DNA of 63,148 nucleotides, counting the filler, from Octopus bimaculoides (Eukaryota): NCBI RefSeq assembly GCF_001194135.2. It is 5 parts of 4 records of this genome, joined end to end, with 100 filler letters (N's around TTAATTAATTAA, not from the genome) between each part and the next. Parts side by side here need not be neighbours in the genome. Positions count along the whole stretch, not along the records: positions 15,694 to 40,897 come from NC_068999.1; 4 more parts are not named here. The stretch is one strand, 5' to 3'. A program made the translations under genes and the position numbers. This document shows, in pieces, positions 25,301 through 38,361 of the stretch. Under the pieces are notes generated by a model. That model did no database searches and was not told where the DNA came from. It saw only the letters and a list, made by a program, of their open reading frames with translations. How positions within the stretch are numbered: the stretch's first letter is position 1; each line of letters opens with the position of its first letter.

Positions 25301-26289
25301 AAGCAGCTGACCGTGAGTAAAGAAAGCATGCCATTGAAGGGGTCATGAACGGCAGTGAAAGGACTTTGGCAAATACAACTGAGTTATTGATTAACTGAAT
25401 GGTTAAACAAACAATCCATTAGTTAGATAGTTCAATAATCAACTAACAAATAAGGAAGAAAAATTGAACCAGTGTGTGTGTTTATTATTGGCATAATGAC
25501 CATCTGAGATACTATACAAACAAACAAACAAAAAACCCAAAGCAAAGCATTATACTGAAACAATCCCAGTCTTTACTAATATAGTCTAGCAAAGTCCTGG
25601 AACCGTAGACATCATGGCAATGTGCTTTTATGACCTTTGTCTAGAATAAACAGATAAATTGGTACTTTTAGATCACTATTCTCGATTGACTGACAATATA
25701 TGTAGCAACTAATGGGTGAAAAGATTATAATTGGCTGACAGAAGACTATTCATTTGGTTCACACTTAAGGAAAGCATGAATTATAAATTTATGAGACTGC
25801 AAATTGTTGCTGGTATGTTTGCTTTGTAGCAGAATCAAATACTGCTTTAGCAGTTGTTTTTGTTTCCGCAAGTGACGTCATCAACATATGTTATATATAA
25901 ATATATTTCCAACACTTATATTGCTGTAGACTGAGTAGTGACATGACCATCCAGCTTGACATATTCAATCATTTAGTGGTGTATGTTTTAGTGNNNNNNN
26001 NNNNNNNNNNNNNNGGGGGGGGGGTAGTGCACATCAGTGTGTGTATGTGTGTGTTAGAGAATTCTGTGAATTTCAAGCCTTCATTAAGATTCTTTTAAAT
26101 CACATAAGGTTTGCAGATTCATTTTTTTAAAGAAAAAACACAGCTACAAGGTCCTCCTCCTCCTCCTCCTCATCATCAGCAGCAGCCCCATCATCATCAT
26201 TTATCATCTGTTTTCTAGGCTGGCATGGGTTGGATGGTTTAACAGGAGCTGGGAAGGCCAGGATCCACACCAGGTTCCATAATTTTGAT

Positions 26290-26790
26290 ATCTCATGGGG
26301 AAAGTAGTACCTTGTTGACATTTTGGTCAACTGCTGATGTGGGTGATACCTTTCACATTGTTTTAGCATAATCAACATTTTATATTTTAATGGAGTTTGG
26401 GGGGCTAACTCATTTGTCTTAGGGATCAGATATTTAGTAACAATCTCCTGTTCCTGGATAGTGAATGAATATTCACCTCAGTGAGATGTGATGTGTTTTC
26501 CACAGATCCAGAAGAGACATTTCTTCCTTTCATGTTGTTGTGATCTAGTTTGCAGGATATGTAGCCATGCATAACTTTCTGTTGGTATGAGTATTTCACC
26601 TGTATGCATGTGGATAAGTAGGTTAGTCCACCTACCCTTGGTTTACATAAAATAACTGTACATTTAGGGCACCCATTCAAGAATTCTTCACCTACTCCCA
26701 AAATAGTATTATTTTCACTGCTTAGTATACATGTAATGAACTCATTTCTCTGCTGTTTAGAAACTAAGTCAATGTATCTCAATCAATTTC
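26290..26790 (-). mobile_element. R4/Dong-like LINE fragment (post-RT region + CCHC knuckle)
   Basis: YQQKVMHGY, FTIQEQEIVTKYL, then KC*LC*NNVKGITHISS*PK / KMSTRYYFP (decayed CxxC...H...C-PKMSxRYYLPxRHD). Confidence 0.65.
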
Positions 26791-26889
26791 ATGCTTATGG
26801 TCCCCTTTGATTCCTATTTTACTTTACTGGACTTTCATAGCCATTCAATGAGTTTAAAAAACATCCTGCTGTATTTTTATAATTAAATA

Positions 26890-27105
26890 TTGATTTCAAA
26901 TTTTGACACAAGGCCAGCAAGCTCAGGGGAGAGGTAAGTCAATTACATCACCCCACCCAGTGTTTAACTGGGGCTCAATTTATTGACCCCGAAATGATGA
27001 AAAGTAAAGTCAGCCTCAGCACAATTTAAATTCAGAATGTAAAGATGGGCGAAATGCTGCTAAGCATTGTACCCAGCATGCTACTGATTCTGCCTGCTTG
27101 CCACC
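26890..27105 (-). mobile_element. SINE family B
   Basis: tttgacacaaggccagc...gattctgcctgcttgccaccttc. Confidence 0.75.
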
Positions 27106-27551
27106 TTCATTTTTATAATTAGATATTATTAGGAATTTACAAAAAAAATGTTAAAATTCTGTGTATTGTGCAAGCAATTTATTGCACATAAATTTTAACA
27201 ACAAAATCTTATATGAACCCTGAAGGGTCATATAGACCTCGGTGGAGAACCATTGATCTATAAAATACAATGACACTCAGAAGGGATCTATTTGATCTTA
27301 TGCCTCCGTTCTGCAATTTAACAGATGCTGACAGTGTCTCACTGTTGCTGTTGTATCTTTCTAATCTTGATATCCAAGTTGAAGATCTCTTCAAATGCCC
27401 AGTCTGATGTTTCAGATGTTAGTACAAACACTAGAACTGCAACAGCATTATGCAATATGGTTTTATTGAATACATACAACTATGACTTCCAAACCTTCCA
27501 TAGTCGGCTGGAATATTTTTTTTCATTCTAGCTTTAGTCACAACACCAACA

Positions 27552-27640
27552 TCTATATAATAAAAATGAATATGTGTGTGTCTGTCCATCTATAACAATA
27601 AAGGCTACATCATCTATATACAAAACTAAAAGCTAATTCT
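27552..27640 (+). mobile_element. Three stacked Helitron-like 5' termini (A|TCTATA...)
   Basis: a|tctatataataaaaatg (27552), a|tctataacaataaag (27589), a|tctatatacaaaac (27613). Confidence 0.4.
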
Positions 27641-30600
27641 TGTGTAAAATTTTATGCCGAAGACAATGGAAGTGGTTCTGACTCTCTACATGCCCTCCTA
27701 ATGGAGCTGCCTGCCATTTCCCATCTTGGACACAAAGCGGATCTGAAATAAATCCAAAATAAATCAATGAGATAATTAAATGCGCATTATTATCTCTGTT
27801 TCATTGGTTTTTATATTTATGAAGTTGTAAAGTTACATATGGATGAAATTGTAGTTATACTGCAGGTTCAAGTGGAACTTCATTTGTGAAATATAAGAGT
27901 TGTATGAGGATTAAATTATAGTTATTATGTAGGTCTAAGTTAACTGAATTTGGTGCCTATTTTGTCGAATGAAAAAGAAGCCCATGAAAACAATTAGACA
28001 AGGATGAAAGTAAATTGTAAGGCAACATAAGGAAAATTAGCCAAGTTTAAAATTCAGTAAGGAATCAACTTTGTTCTATCCTGTAAAATAAGTAATATTT
28101 CATCTCTATCCTCATAAAAAGCAAAGTTTGGTTGTTTGTATGTTGACCGCTGAAAACACTAAACAAACTTGATAATATTTCAGGTTTTATGTGTCATTTC
28201 AATTAATTTGACCATCCACAGATAACTGTGCATTTATTTCCCACAAACAGAATGGGGATGGGCGAGTCGGTGGTGTGTTGGCTCCTATTTCTAACATTTC
28301 GCATACTGTGTATTTGACCGTATGCTTCTTTCACATATGGCATACCTACACAAGAGTGCCCCACCGAATTTGTTTCTTAGGACAATGGGTATTTTAAAAT
28401 AAAATTTTCTATAGATATTCTTGTAATGGTGTAGATTCAACCTATATCGGAACTTGTTGTGTAAACCTTTTTTTTTTGGCTCTCATCAAAGCAGAATCGT
28501 TTGAGTTTTCTGAAACTGATCTCTTGATTTGCAGAAATGTTTTTCACAAATTCTGATATAATTGGAATCTATCAACTGTCTTTTGTCCATTAAAGTAAGT
28601 AATACTTTATATATANNNNNNNNNNNNNNNNNNNNNNNNNNNNNNNNNNNNNNNNNNNNNNNNNNNNNNNNNNNNNNNNNNNNNNNNNNNNNNNNNNNNN
28701 NNNNNNNNNNNNNNNNNNNNNNNNNNNNNNNNNNNNNNNNNNNNNNNNNNNNNNNNNNNNNNNNNNNNNNNNNNNNNNNNNNNNNNNNNNNNNNNNNNNN
28801 NNNNNNNNNNNNNGAAAGCTTATAGAAATACCTTTCAAATGACATAGATTACAATTGTAAAGAAATTTGTGGAAAAAATTTTTCTGACAGAGTAGGGAGA
28901 AGGATTTCGATAGAACAGAGTTTCAGATGAGGAAAACCACATAAGTTTGACAGTGATTTTCCCATTTGTTTTTCACCACAGCCTTGGAAATGATTTGGGG
29001 ATGGGGAAGGGGATCTTTTTATGAAAAATGTTTTGACAGTTTATGATTTTTTCACTTCTCTTCCCCCTGACCATTGCACTCTGGGCAGATTATGGCCAAT
29101 ATTTTTGCAACTAAAAACCATGGGAGAAGCCTTTTCATTAAAAACAAACAAAAAAAAAGATATGTGAGTATTTTTAGAGGAAAAAGTGTGTGATTTAAGG
29201 GAGATTTTTGCTGTTGTTCAGAAGACCACCTTCCTGGTTTTCACTCTATCATGTATTGATGTTTTTCAATATTTTTCTCATAAACACATTTTATGGAATG
29301 ATGATGTGGAAGTAACACATGCATGGTCCATTGGTGGGATCTAAGCAACAACAACCAAATAAACGGTAATTTAAATTTTGATCCCCATTTCAATCTTGTG
29401 AGGCCCTGTGTGTGTACGTAAGAAAAAATATTTTGTAACAGAAAAGTATGTTGTTAAAATGAACTATCTTTTAAATAGCCCCCACCCCTTCATTTGATCA
29501 GTGTGGATAAATGCCAGAAATTACCTTCTCAGTCTGTTCAATATTTAAAATTGTAAGCAGAAAGAATGGGCGGGGGAATGGGGTTGAAAAAAAATCATAA
29601 ATTTTTAAGTGTTTTTTATAGTATAAATGTGCTTATGGGGAGAAAAATATTAAAAAATATAAATACATGCGAGAGTGAGAAAGAAACAAGAAAGGTGATC
29701 TTGAGATGTGCTAGAATCAACAGCCAAATCTCCCTTAAATCATAGTTTTACCTCTGAAAATATTTAAAAGCTTTGTTTTAATATCAAAAAGGCTCCCCAC
29801 CCCACCCATAGTTTTTAAGTGCCAAAAAATAATCATGAAAATCAGTCAGGGTGGGGGATGGAGGAAAAGAATGAACTTATATGGTCTTCGTAATTAGTTT
29901 TTTTTTCAAAACTCCTCTCTCTGCCCCTCAGAGAACATTTTATCCACAAATTTCTTTATAATCGTAATGTATGCCGTTTCAGAGATAGCTGTATAAACTT
30001 TCATTAAAATTTACCCATTTTCCTCAAAGTTATGAGAGAAAAAAATGGGGCCATGTGAATTTTCTGAAACTCCATTCCACACCCCCTCAAAATAATTCTT
30101 TACCATAAATCCATATATACTCTGATTGTACAGTGTCTAAGTGGGATTTGTTGAGAATGTCATGCAAAAGTAACCATTTTTCTGGAAATCATGTTGCAAT
30201 GGGGGTAAATCTGTAGTTATGCCTGAAAACTTGTTGTGGCTCTCATCAAAGCAGAATCATTTGATCATTCACATGCAACTTCACAATTTACTTTCATTCT
30301 TGTGTAATTATTTTCATGAATCCCTTCTATTTCACAAACGAGGTTCCACTTGAACCTACAGTCTAACTACAATTTCATCCATATATAACTTTACAATTTC
30401 ATCTAAAGCCATAATAAAATCAGTATAACTATGATGACCATTCCTTAACACCTGTATGTCTTTCAGATTTTTGTGCTGAAAACTGACTAACTCAAACAAC
30501 ATTTATTTCACCTTCCTACAATGACCCCACCACCCCAAGTTCCATTTCTGGCCATGTTCAATACAATCTAAGTGAATAACTTTCAATAGTCATAGTACTA

Positions 30601-31769
30601 TTTTGGCAGCTTTTTTCAACCCAGTCAATGATGGGTGTTTCTGCTAGCATGCAATATTCTCCTCAATTCCAAGATACTTGTAGCATTCATTGCCATATGT
30701 ATGTATGTATGTATGTATGTATGCATTATGTACTTACACATGTATGTACTTATGCATGTATGCATGCATGTATGTATGTATGCATGTATGTATGTATGTA
30801 TATATGTATGTATGAGTGCATGTATGCATGCATGCATATGCATATATACCTACATGTCTGTGTGTGAATACACACACACATCTGTATGTCAATGTGAATG
30901 GAACAATATGCACATGTATTTCAATGAGAACTTTTAAGTACCAGCTTTGTTATCCTAAGATAATTGCTATTTTGTTTACTTGACAACCTGCTGTTGTCTG
31001 AAGTAAAGAGAAAGCCAGCCATAACACAAATATCAACCCACACCATCAACCATTGTCAAACTGTAGAGACATTTTCTCAGAAACCTGAAGTTATTTAATC
31101 AATAAAATTGACTGAGTATTGTTTAAAAAGGCCAACTAAATCTTATTGATTAAAATCTATGAAGAGAAAAGTTCTCTTGACAGGGATCTAATGAATTTAT
31201 CCCGTTGTTTTGGCAGACAATAGAATAACCTACCACAGAAGACATATTGTAAACGCTTGTGTATCTTTTATGGAGACTTCCCTCTTTTAATACTATTTAA
31301 TCTCTCACCCCACCTCCCTCACTTTCTGCTTTACCATCTTTCTTGTTCTCCACTTACACTCTTTCTTGTTCTCCACTTACACTCTTTCTTGTTCTCTTTA
31401 TTCTCTCTATCCCTCTTGCATACACTTTCTTGCTCATTTGTTCTCTCTTGTATCTCTCTTTTTTGGTTCTCTGTCTGTCTCTGTTTATCTGTCTGTCCTG
31501 GCATCTATACATCTTCATGTATACCCACCTGTCTGTCTGAATATCTGTTGGTCTTCACACATGTACACTCACAAAGACACATGCATTCACAAACACACAC
31601 ACACACACACACACACATGCACGCACGCACGCACATACACACACACATATGAACACACTTCAACATTGACTATTTAAAATTCTTATGACAAGTGTGTGGA
31701 TATATACTGATTTGTGCATGTGTACACATATATAATAATGTGTGAAATAATTCATACATATATACTAAT

Positions 31770-32298
31770 ACAGATCATCATTGTCCATGCTGGCATGGGT
31801 TGGATGGTTTGACCAAGCTGGCATGCTGATAAGTCTTCTTCTCAAGCACAACATAATGCCAAAGGTCTCGGTCATTGCCTCCATGAGGCCCAAAGCTTGA
31901 AAGGAACTCAGCCACTTTGTTTCTGTGAGGCCCAACACTCCAAAGGTGTTCTTTACAAGCCACCAGCATGGGTGCACTTGGCTTGATGGGTCCTCCATCA
32001 CCAAAGGCCTCAATCACTAGTCATTACCTCTGTAAGGCTTAAAGTTCAAACACCATGCTTCACCACCTCGTTCCATGTCTTCCTGGGTCTACCTCTACTA
32101 CAGGTTCCCTCCACAGTTAGAGACTGGCACTTCTTTACACAGCTGTTCCTGTCCATACACATCACATGACCATACCAGCACAGTTGTATCTCTTGCTAAA
32201 TCGATATAAATAGAAAAACTCACTTGTGAGTATTTTGCTACGTTTGTTAACAGATACAATATTTTTGCCTAATTTTGGTATAAAAATATATATAAATG

Positions 32299-32341
<43 letters not shown>

Positions 32342-33165
32342 NNNNNNNNNNNNNNNNNNNNNNNNNNNNNNNNNNNNNNNNNNNNNNNNNNNNNNNNNNN
32401 NNNNNNNNNNNNNNNNNNNNNNNNNNNNNNNNNNNNNNNNNNNNNNNNNNNNNNNNNNNNNNNNNNNNNNNNNNNNNNNNNNNNNNNTGTATATACACAG
32501 AGCCAGAGGAGCTGACATCAACCACGATCAGATGGTGTTTTTTATGTGCCACCAGCACAGAAGCCAGTCAAGGCGGCACTGGCATCAGCCACATTCGGAT
32601 GGTGCTTTAACATGCTGCTGGCACGGGGCTCACAATTACAATTTCCATTTGATTTGATTCTGATATTGCTGATGTTGATGTACTTGACTCAATAGGTCTC
32701 CTCAAGCACAGCATGTCACCCTATGATCAAAGGTACTTTACAGTGGGCTGGTTATGCGACACTGGTGTAGGTTACAGCTGTGGACTCACTTTATTTGCTG
32801 GCTCATCTCAGTCACAGCATACCTCTAGAGGTCTTGGTTTTTTGTCATTGCTTCCATGAAGCCCAAAGTTCAAAGGTCATGCTTCACCACCTCATCCCAT
32901 GTCTTCCTGAGTCTACTTCTTTCACAGGTTCCTTCCACTGTTAGGGTGTGACACTTCTTCACACTGCTGTTCTCATCCATACACAGCATAGTCGTCTCTC
33001 TTGCACACCACATCTGATGCTTCTTATATCCAACTTTTCTTTCCGTGCGCTTACAGTCTGTTGTGAATGCACACTGACATTACACGTCCAGCGGATCATA
33101 CTAGATGCATTTCTTTCAAGCCTACGCATGTCCTCAACAGTCATGGCCCATGTTTCACTGCTGTG
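31770..33165 (-). mobile_element. Two RTE LINE 3' fragments separated by a gap
   Basis: RLERNASSMIRWTCNVSV...KLDIRSIRCGVQERRL (32959-33144). GRPRKTW-like motifs near 32085 and 32900. RTE tail at 31770. Confidence 0.85.
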
Positions 33166-33391
33166 TAACCAGATTCATTCAATTAATCAATTTATAGGCA
33201 GGATTAAACACTAACTTCAATAAAACTACAACAAAGAAACATATAAACCAATGTACATTGTATCGGTATTAATAGTAAACTGCAATAACTAAATTGTATG
33301 CTAAGTCATGACCAATCTTCAAGTCCATACAGATATAATCCCACCAGTCTTCCGTAGTTACTACTATAATAAAAGTTCAAGCTTTATATAA

Positions 33392-33439
<48 letters not shown>

Positions 33440-33859
33440 TGTGTGTGTGTGTGTATATATATACACACATACAGACACACACACACAGTGCAGTAAATAT
33501 ATTGTCATCTAAATTACACAAAAATGAAAATAACACTGACATTTCATTTTAACAAATATATTTACCAAAATTACATAAAAATAACTTGAAATACTAAAGA
33601 CAGTATTCATAACACATCTAGTGGCTTTCTGCAATCATCAGACTCTTCCCACATAGCATAACAACAAAAAAGAGAATGATAGAATAAGAGAATGATAGAA
33701 TGATAGAATAAGAGAAAATATGACTGGTACTTTATTTATCAGCCCTGGAAGGATGAACTGCAAGATTGGTCTTGAAATGCCAAGAATAGGAGCAAATACA
33801 ATTTAGTAGTTCATCCCCTACTTTGCCAACTCTACCAGTTCAACATCCTTAAGTCTTGG

Positions 33860-34065
33860 ACTAAATAATTTTTTCTAATTTTGTCACAAGGGAGCAAGTC
33901 ACTTACATCAACCCCAGAACTTCAATGTTACTATATTTTATCAACCCCAAAAGAGTGAAAGGAAAAGTTAACCTCAGCAGGATTTGAACTCAGAACATAA
34001 AGAGCTGGAAAAAATGCTACTAAGCATTTTCTCTAACATACCAACAATTCTGCCAGCTCACCAGC
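33860..34065 (-). mobile_element. SINE family B (a second remnant lies at ~33720-33780)
   Basis: ggaaaagttaacctcagcaggatttgaactcagaacataaagagc...caattctgccagctcacc. Confidence 0.75.
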
Positions 34066-36344
34066 AGATTTTTTTTTTCTTTTTATAGTAAATAATAAAA
34101 AGTCAGCTCTGCTAAAGATTAAAAGCAGTAAAGATTCAAGTTGTCATTTCTCTTCCTTAAAATTTGAAATTATTTCTAATGAGGTTAATTAATTGAAACA
34201 GGGTCCTTTATTGTTGAGTTGCTGCAGAAACCAAGTTCTCAATTTATATTTCAATATAACAATAACTTTTTATGTTTCTTAATTAAGATACCTGTTTAAT
34301 GGCTTCCTCCAGCTGTTGATGTCATACTGTTCTGGTTGCTACTGTTGATGTTATTGTTGTTGTTAATGGTGGTGGTGGTGGTGATCATCATGGTTCATTC
34401 CTGTTGTTGCTCCTGCAAAATATTACCAGTGGGGCTGTTACTACTGTTTCTGTAGTTGATGTTATCCATTTTGTTGTTAATGTTTTTGTTACTGTCTCTA
34501 GTCAATGGTAATGGTTTTGCAATGAAAGTTAGCTATGAAGATAGTTTAAAATATGAAGGTTCATAGTCATAGTGTGGGTTATCAATGAAGGTTAGCAAAG
34601 AAGAATAGCAATACAGATAAAAAATAAAGATTAGCAATGAAGGTAAATGGTGAAGATTAACAGTAACATTTAACAGTGAAATTTAAGGCTGCAAGCCTGA
34701 TAGAATCGTTAGCACACATGGAAAAATGTTTAACAACATTTCATCCATTTTTATGTCCTGAGTTCAAATTCCACTGTGAGTTGATAAAATAAGTGCTGAG
34801 GTCGATGTAATCAACTTATCCCCTCACTTGAAGTTACTGACCTTGAGGCAAAATTTGAAATCAATATTTAACAATAAAATAAAAGATAAAGTTACAGTTT
34901 ACAGGTTAGCAATAACAATAATGATTACTGTGAAGGTTTGTAATGAAGGGGTGAATGTTAACAGAATTTTACAAGTAAAATATAACATCAAGTTTTGGCA
35001 GAAAAGATTAGCCATAAAATTTGCCACTGAATAACGACAGTGGGGGTTACTTCTGCAATGATATATATTGGAGAATGGGGATACCAATATGTTATAAAAA
35101 CTTAAGTACTAAAAGAAGTCAACCAATGTATTACTTTAGTAAAAATTAAAAGCATAGATACATTGCTTCTGTGAATATTGATAGTTATTGCAGCTGTTGA
35201 TATTCATTCTCATGGAATTATTCTTCAGCAGGTTTGGAATCTATTGCTCTAACTCTAGAGTAATGAACCAAACACAATACCATATTTGGCATGAATGCAA
35301 TATTCAAATGCCTCTAATGGTTGACTAAGTGAATTAATGGCCCAAAATATTGCTCAGATAGCATAAAATGTATTCAATATAATTTATCTGTCAAGGAATT
35401 TGGTTGGGAATTATAGCTGAAAACTAAACAAAGATCTCTGAATATTGGGTCTACAAAATATATTTGAAATTCCAGTAGTAGTTTCATGTTGTCATTTTAG
35501 TTACTTGAAGCCAAAGTACATGTATTTATATTGAAGGCCAACAGGTAAGGGATATTATGCATATATACACATACAAGTATACACATGCATGCATGCACAC
35601 ATTCAGAAACACTCGCGCGCGCGCGCACACACACACACATACACACACACACACGCACACACACACACACACACACACATGCACACACACACACACAGAC
35701 ACCATCACCATCATCATCATCACTGATTATTAATCTTGCTTCCATGATTTGGTAATGAGAATTAGGGCATCAGCATCAAGGATTTCCATGGACAATAGAG
35801 TGAGTGTATTAATATCTACACAATACAGAATTATAGATCCGTTTCAGCTGATTTTACTAGTCAGTTTTTCACACAAATTTTGGAAAAAACCCAATCCCAG
35901 CACTCATCAGAAGGGCTGGTAGGAAGAATATGGTGATGGCTCTCTGCCAATGGAGTTCAGAAAGTATCACATCCAGTTTCTGCAGTTTCTGAGTGTTATG
36001 TAAAACCAGAACAAAAAAAAATAATGGAGAAAGTTATTGTAGGGTTACACTCCTGGGACAAGGATCAGGGTGTCTTTGAGGTATAAGGGATAACTACCTG
36101 TAGAGTGGCTAATGATTCTGCCACCTTGTCACCTTATAAAAGCAAAGTTTGTCACCTTATAAGGTTGACCTCAGCAGCATTTGAACACAGAATGGAAAGT
36201 CAAGAGACATACCATTAAGTTAATGATTCTGCCAGCTTGCTGTCCTGTATTATATGAATATTAATATATACAATAACTTTTTTTTATCTTCTTTTCCTTG
36301 TTTCAGTCACTGGACTGTAGCCATGCTGGGACAATGAAGGCACA

Positions 36345-36592
36345 TGGCTTACTGGTTAAGGTATTAGACTCATGATCATAAGATTGTGGTTTCAATTCCT
36401 GGACTGGGTGATGCATTATGTTCTTGAGAAAATCACTTTATTTCATGCTGCTCTAGTCCACTCAGCGGACAAAAATGAGTAATCCTGCAATGGACCGGCA
36501 TCCCATCCAGGTGATGAATTTATACACCATGGAAATCAGGAAACTGGCCCTTATGAGTCAACATGACTCGAAAAGGTTACCTTTACCTTTAC
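36345..36592 (+). mobile_element. tRNA-derived SINE with V-domain-like central motif
   Basis: Head ggcacatggcttactggttaaggtattagactcatgatc...gtttcaattcctggactggg. Motif atcctgcaatggaccggcatcccatccagg resembles the V-SINE domain (ccctgcgatggactggcgtcccgtccaggg). Tail is (ccttta)n. Confidence 0.6.
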
Positions 36593-38050
36593 TTTTGCTG
36601 AAGCTCCACTGTGAAATGTTTAGTCGAATTAATTCCTATGTTTTACGTCTGGTATTTATTCTATCAGCCTCTTTTGCTGATCCACTAATTTACAAGTAAA
36701 TAAACAATGTCTGTCATCAAGCAGTGGATCGAGGAGCAAGCACAAAAACACACAGACACACATGTACATTGGGCTTCCACCCACATTCCATCAGCTAAAT
36801 TTGCTCTCAAGGCATTAGATGACCCAGGGTTAGTAAAAGATACTTGCCCAACATGACATAATTGCAAAGCAAGCTTCTTAGCTATACATAACAAAGCAAA
36901 TATTTAACATAAAAGCATTGAACTGAGACATAAAAAACATCATCATCATCATCATCATCATCACCCTTTAACATCTGTTTTCCATGTTGGCATGACTTGG
37001 ATGATTTGAACAGAACTGGTAAGCCAGAGAGCTGCAACAAGTTCCAGTCTGACTTGGCCTGGTTTCTACAGTTGGATGCCCTTCCTAATGCCAACCATGT
37101 TACAGTATGTACTGGGTATGTTTAATGTGCCACCAGCATGAAAACTTTTACATGGCACCAACATGAGTCCTTTTTACATAGCACCAGCACAGGACTCTTG
37201 CAGGTCAATCCTCTTGACCAGGGCATGTGGCCTTTGCCACTTCTACTGTGGAGGACAGGTCTTCTTCTATTGCATTGTGTTTTTATTCAATCTTTCTTTC
37301 TATATTCCCCATCATGTGTATCCCAGCTTTAAAACAGATACATCATATTATTAGCAAGTTCTAAACAGTTCACCTAAGGAAAGGTATCCAGGCATAGAAC
37401 TAAATCAGTAGTCTTGTCTAACCCATCCATACCAGCAAGGAAAAACAAATAAAACAATGCTGATAATGATGATGATACATACTATATTTCACAGTATATT
37501 ACTGTTAGCATTCACTCTCCTTCAGGTCTTTTATGTCTATTTTTTTATCCTAGTATGGGTTAGATGATATATTATTGAGGCATGTATTACAATCAGGTGC
37601 CTTCTTATTACTTACTCTTCCCTGTTTTAAACAAGGGATATTATTTTACATATATTTGAAGGTGAAAGCTTAGTGGGCATTTTATTGAGAGGGGAAATAT
37701 AACCAACATTACTGCTTGTAGCTCAACGATTTTTGAAGTGCAAATGTGAACAAATACACAAGCATGCACATGTACACACACACACACACGCATAAATGTG
37801 TAAATTTTTCTTCATCCTTTCTGTTACCTTTTACTTGCTTTAGTCATCGAACTGTGGTCATGTTGGAGCACTGCCTTCGAGAATTTTTTAGCTAAATGAA
37901 TCAACATTATTTACATTATTTACGGATATTTGTCCTCATCTTGTTTGTTGTTAACACAAAGTTTTGGCTGATATACCCTCCAGCCTTCGTCAGGTGTCTT
38001 GAGGAAATTTCGAACCTGGGTTCTCATTCCTAACGATGTTACTATTATTA

Positions 38051-38081
<31 letters not shown>

Positions 38082-38159
38082 CAGGTCGCTGCCGTGAATC
38101 GAACTCGGAATCTTGGGGTTAGTAGCCCGCGCTCTTAACCACTACGCCATATGCCCGTG

Positions 38160-38225
38160 GGCGTAGTGGTTAAGAGTGCGGGCTACTAACCCCAAGATTC
38201 CGAGTTCGATTCACGGCAGCGACCT
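38160..38225 (+). other. tRNA-like SINE head (A box GGCGTAGTGG, B box GTTCGATTC, loop CT-ACT-AA); not a functional tRNA
   Basis: Intact Pol III boxes but no acceptor stem. Mirror copy on the minus strand at 38084-38148. Confidence 0.8.
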
Positions 38226-38226
38226 G

Positions 38227-38263
<37 letters not shown>

Positions 38264-38315
38264 TAATAATAGTAACATCGTTAGGAATGAGAACCCAGGT
38301 TCGAAATTTCCTCAA

Positions 38316-38361
38316 GACACCTGATGAAGGCTGGAGGGTATATCAGCTGAAACGTTGTGTT
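38316..38361 (+). ncRNA. Minimal type I hammerhead ribozyme (PLE-type), core intact
   Basis: GACAC | CUGAUGA | A GGCUG-gagggUaUaU-CAGCU | GAAA | CG | U U(cleavage) | GUGUU. Helix I 5 bp, helix II 5 bp, helix III is the ACGU palindrome. Confidence 0.75.

Noticed and set aside
38160-38225. Apparent tRNA-Ser(ACT) gene
   Set aside because: No acceptor stem, a non-standard anticodon, and it is embedded in a repeated element. It is a SINE head.
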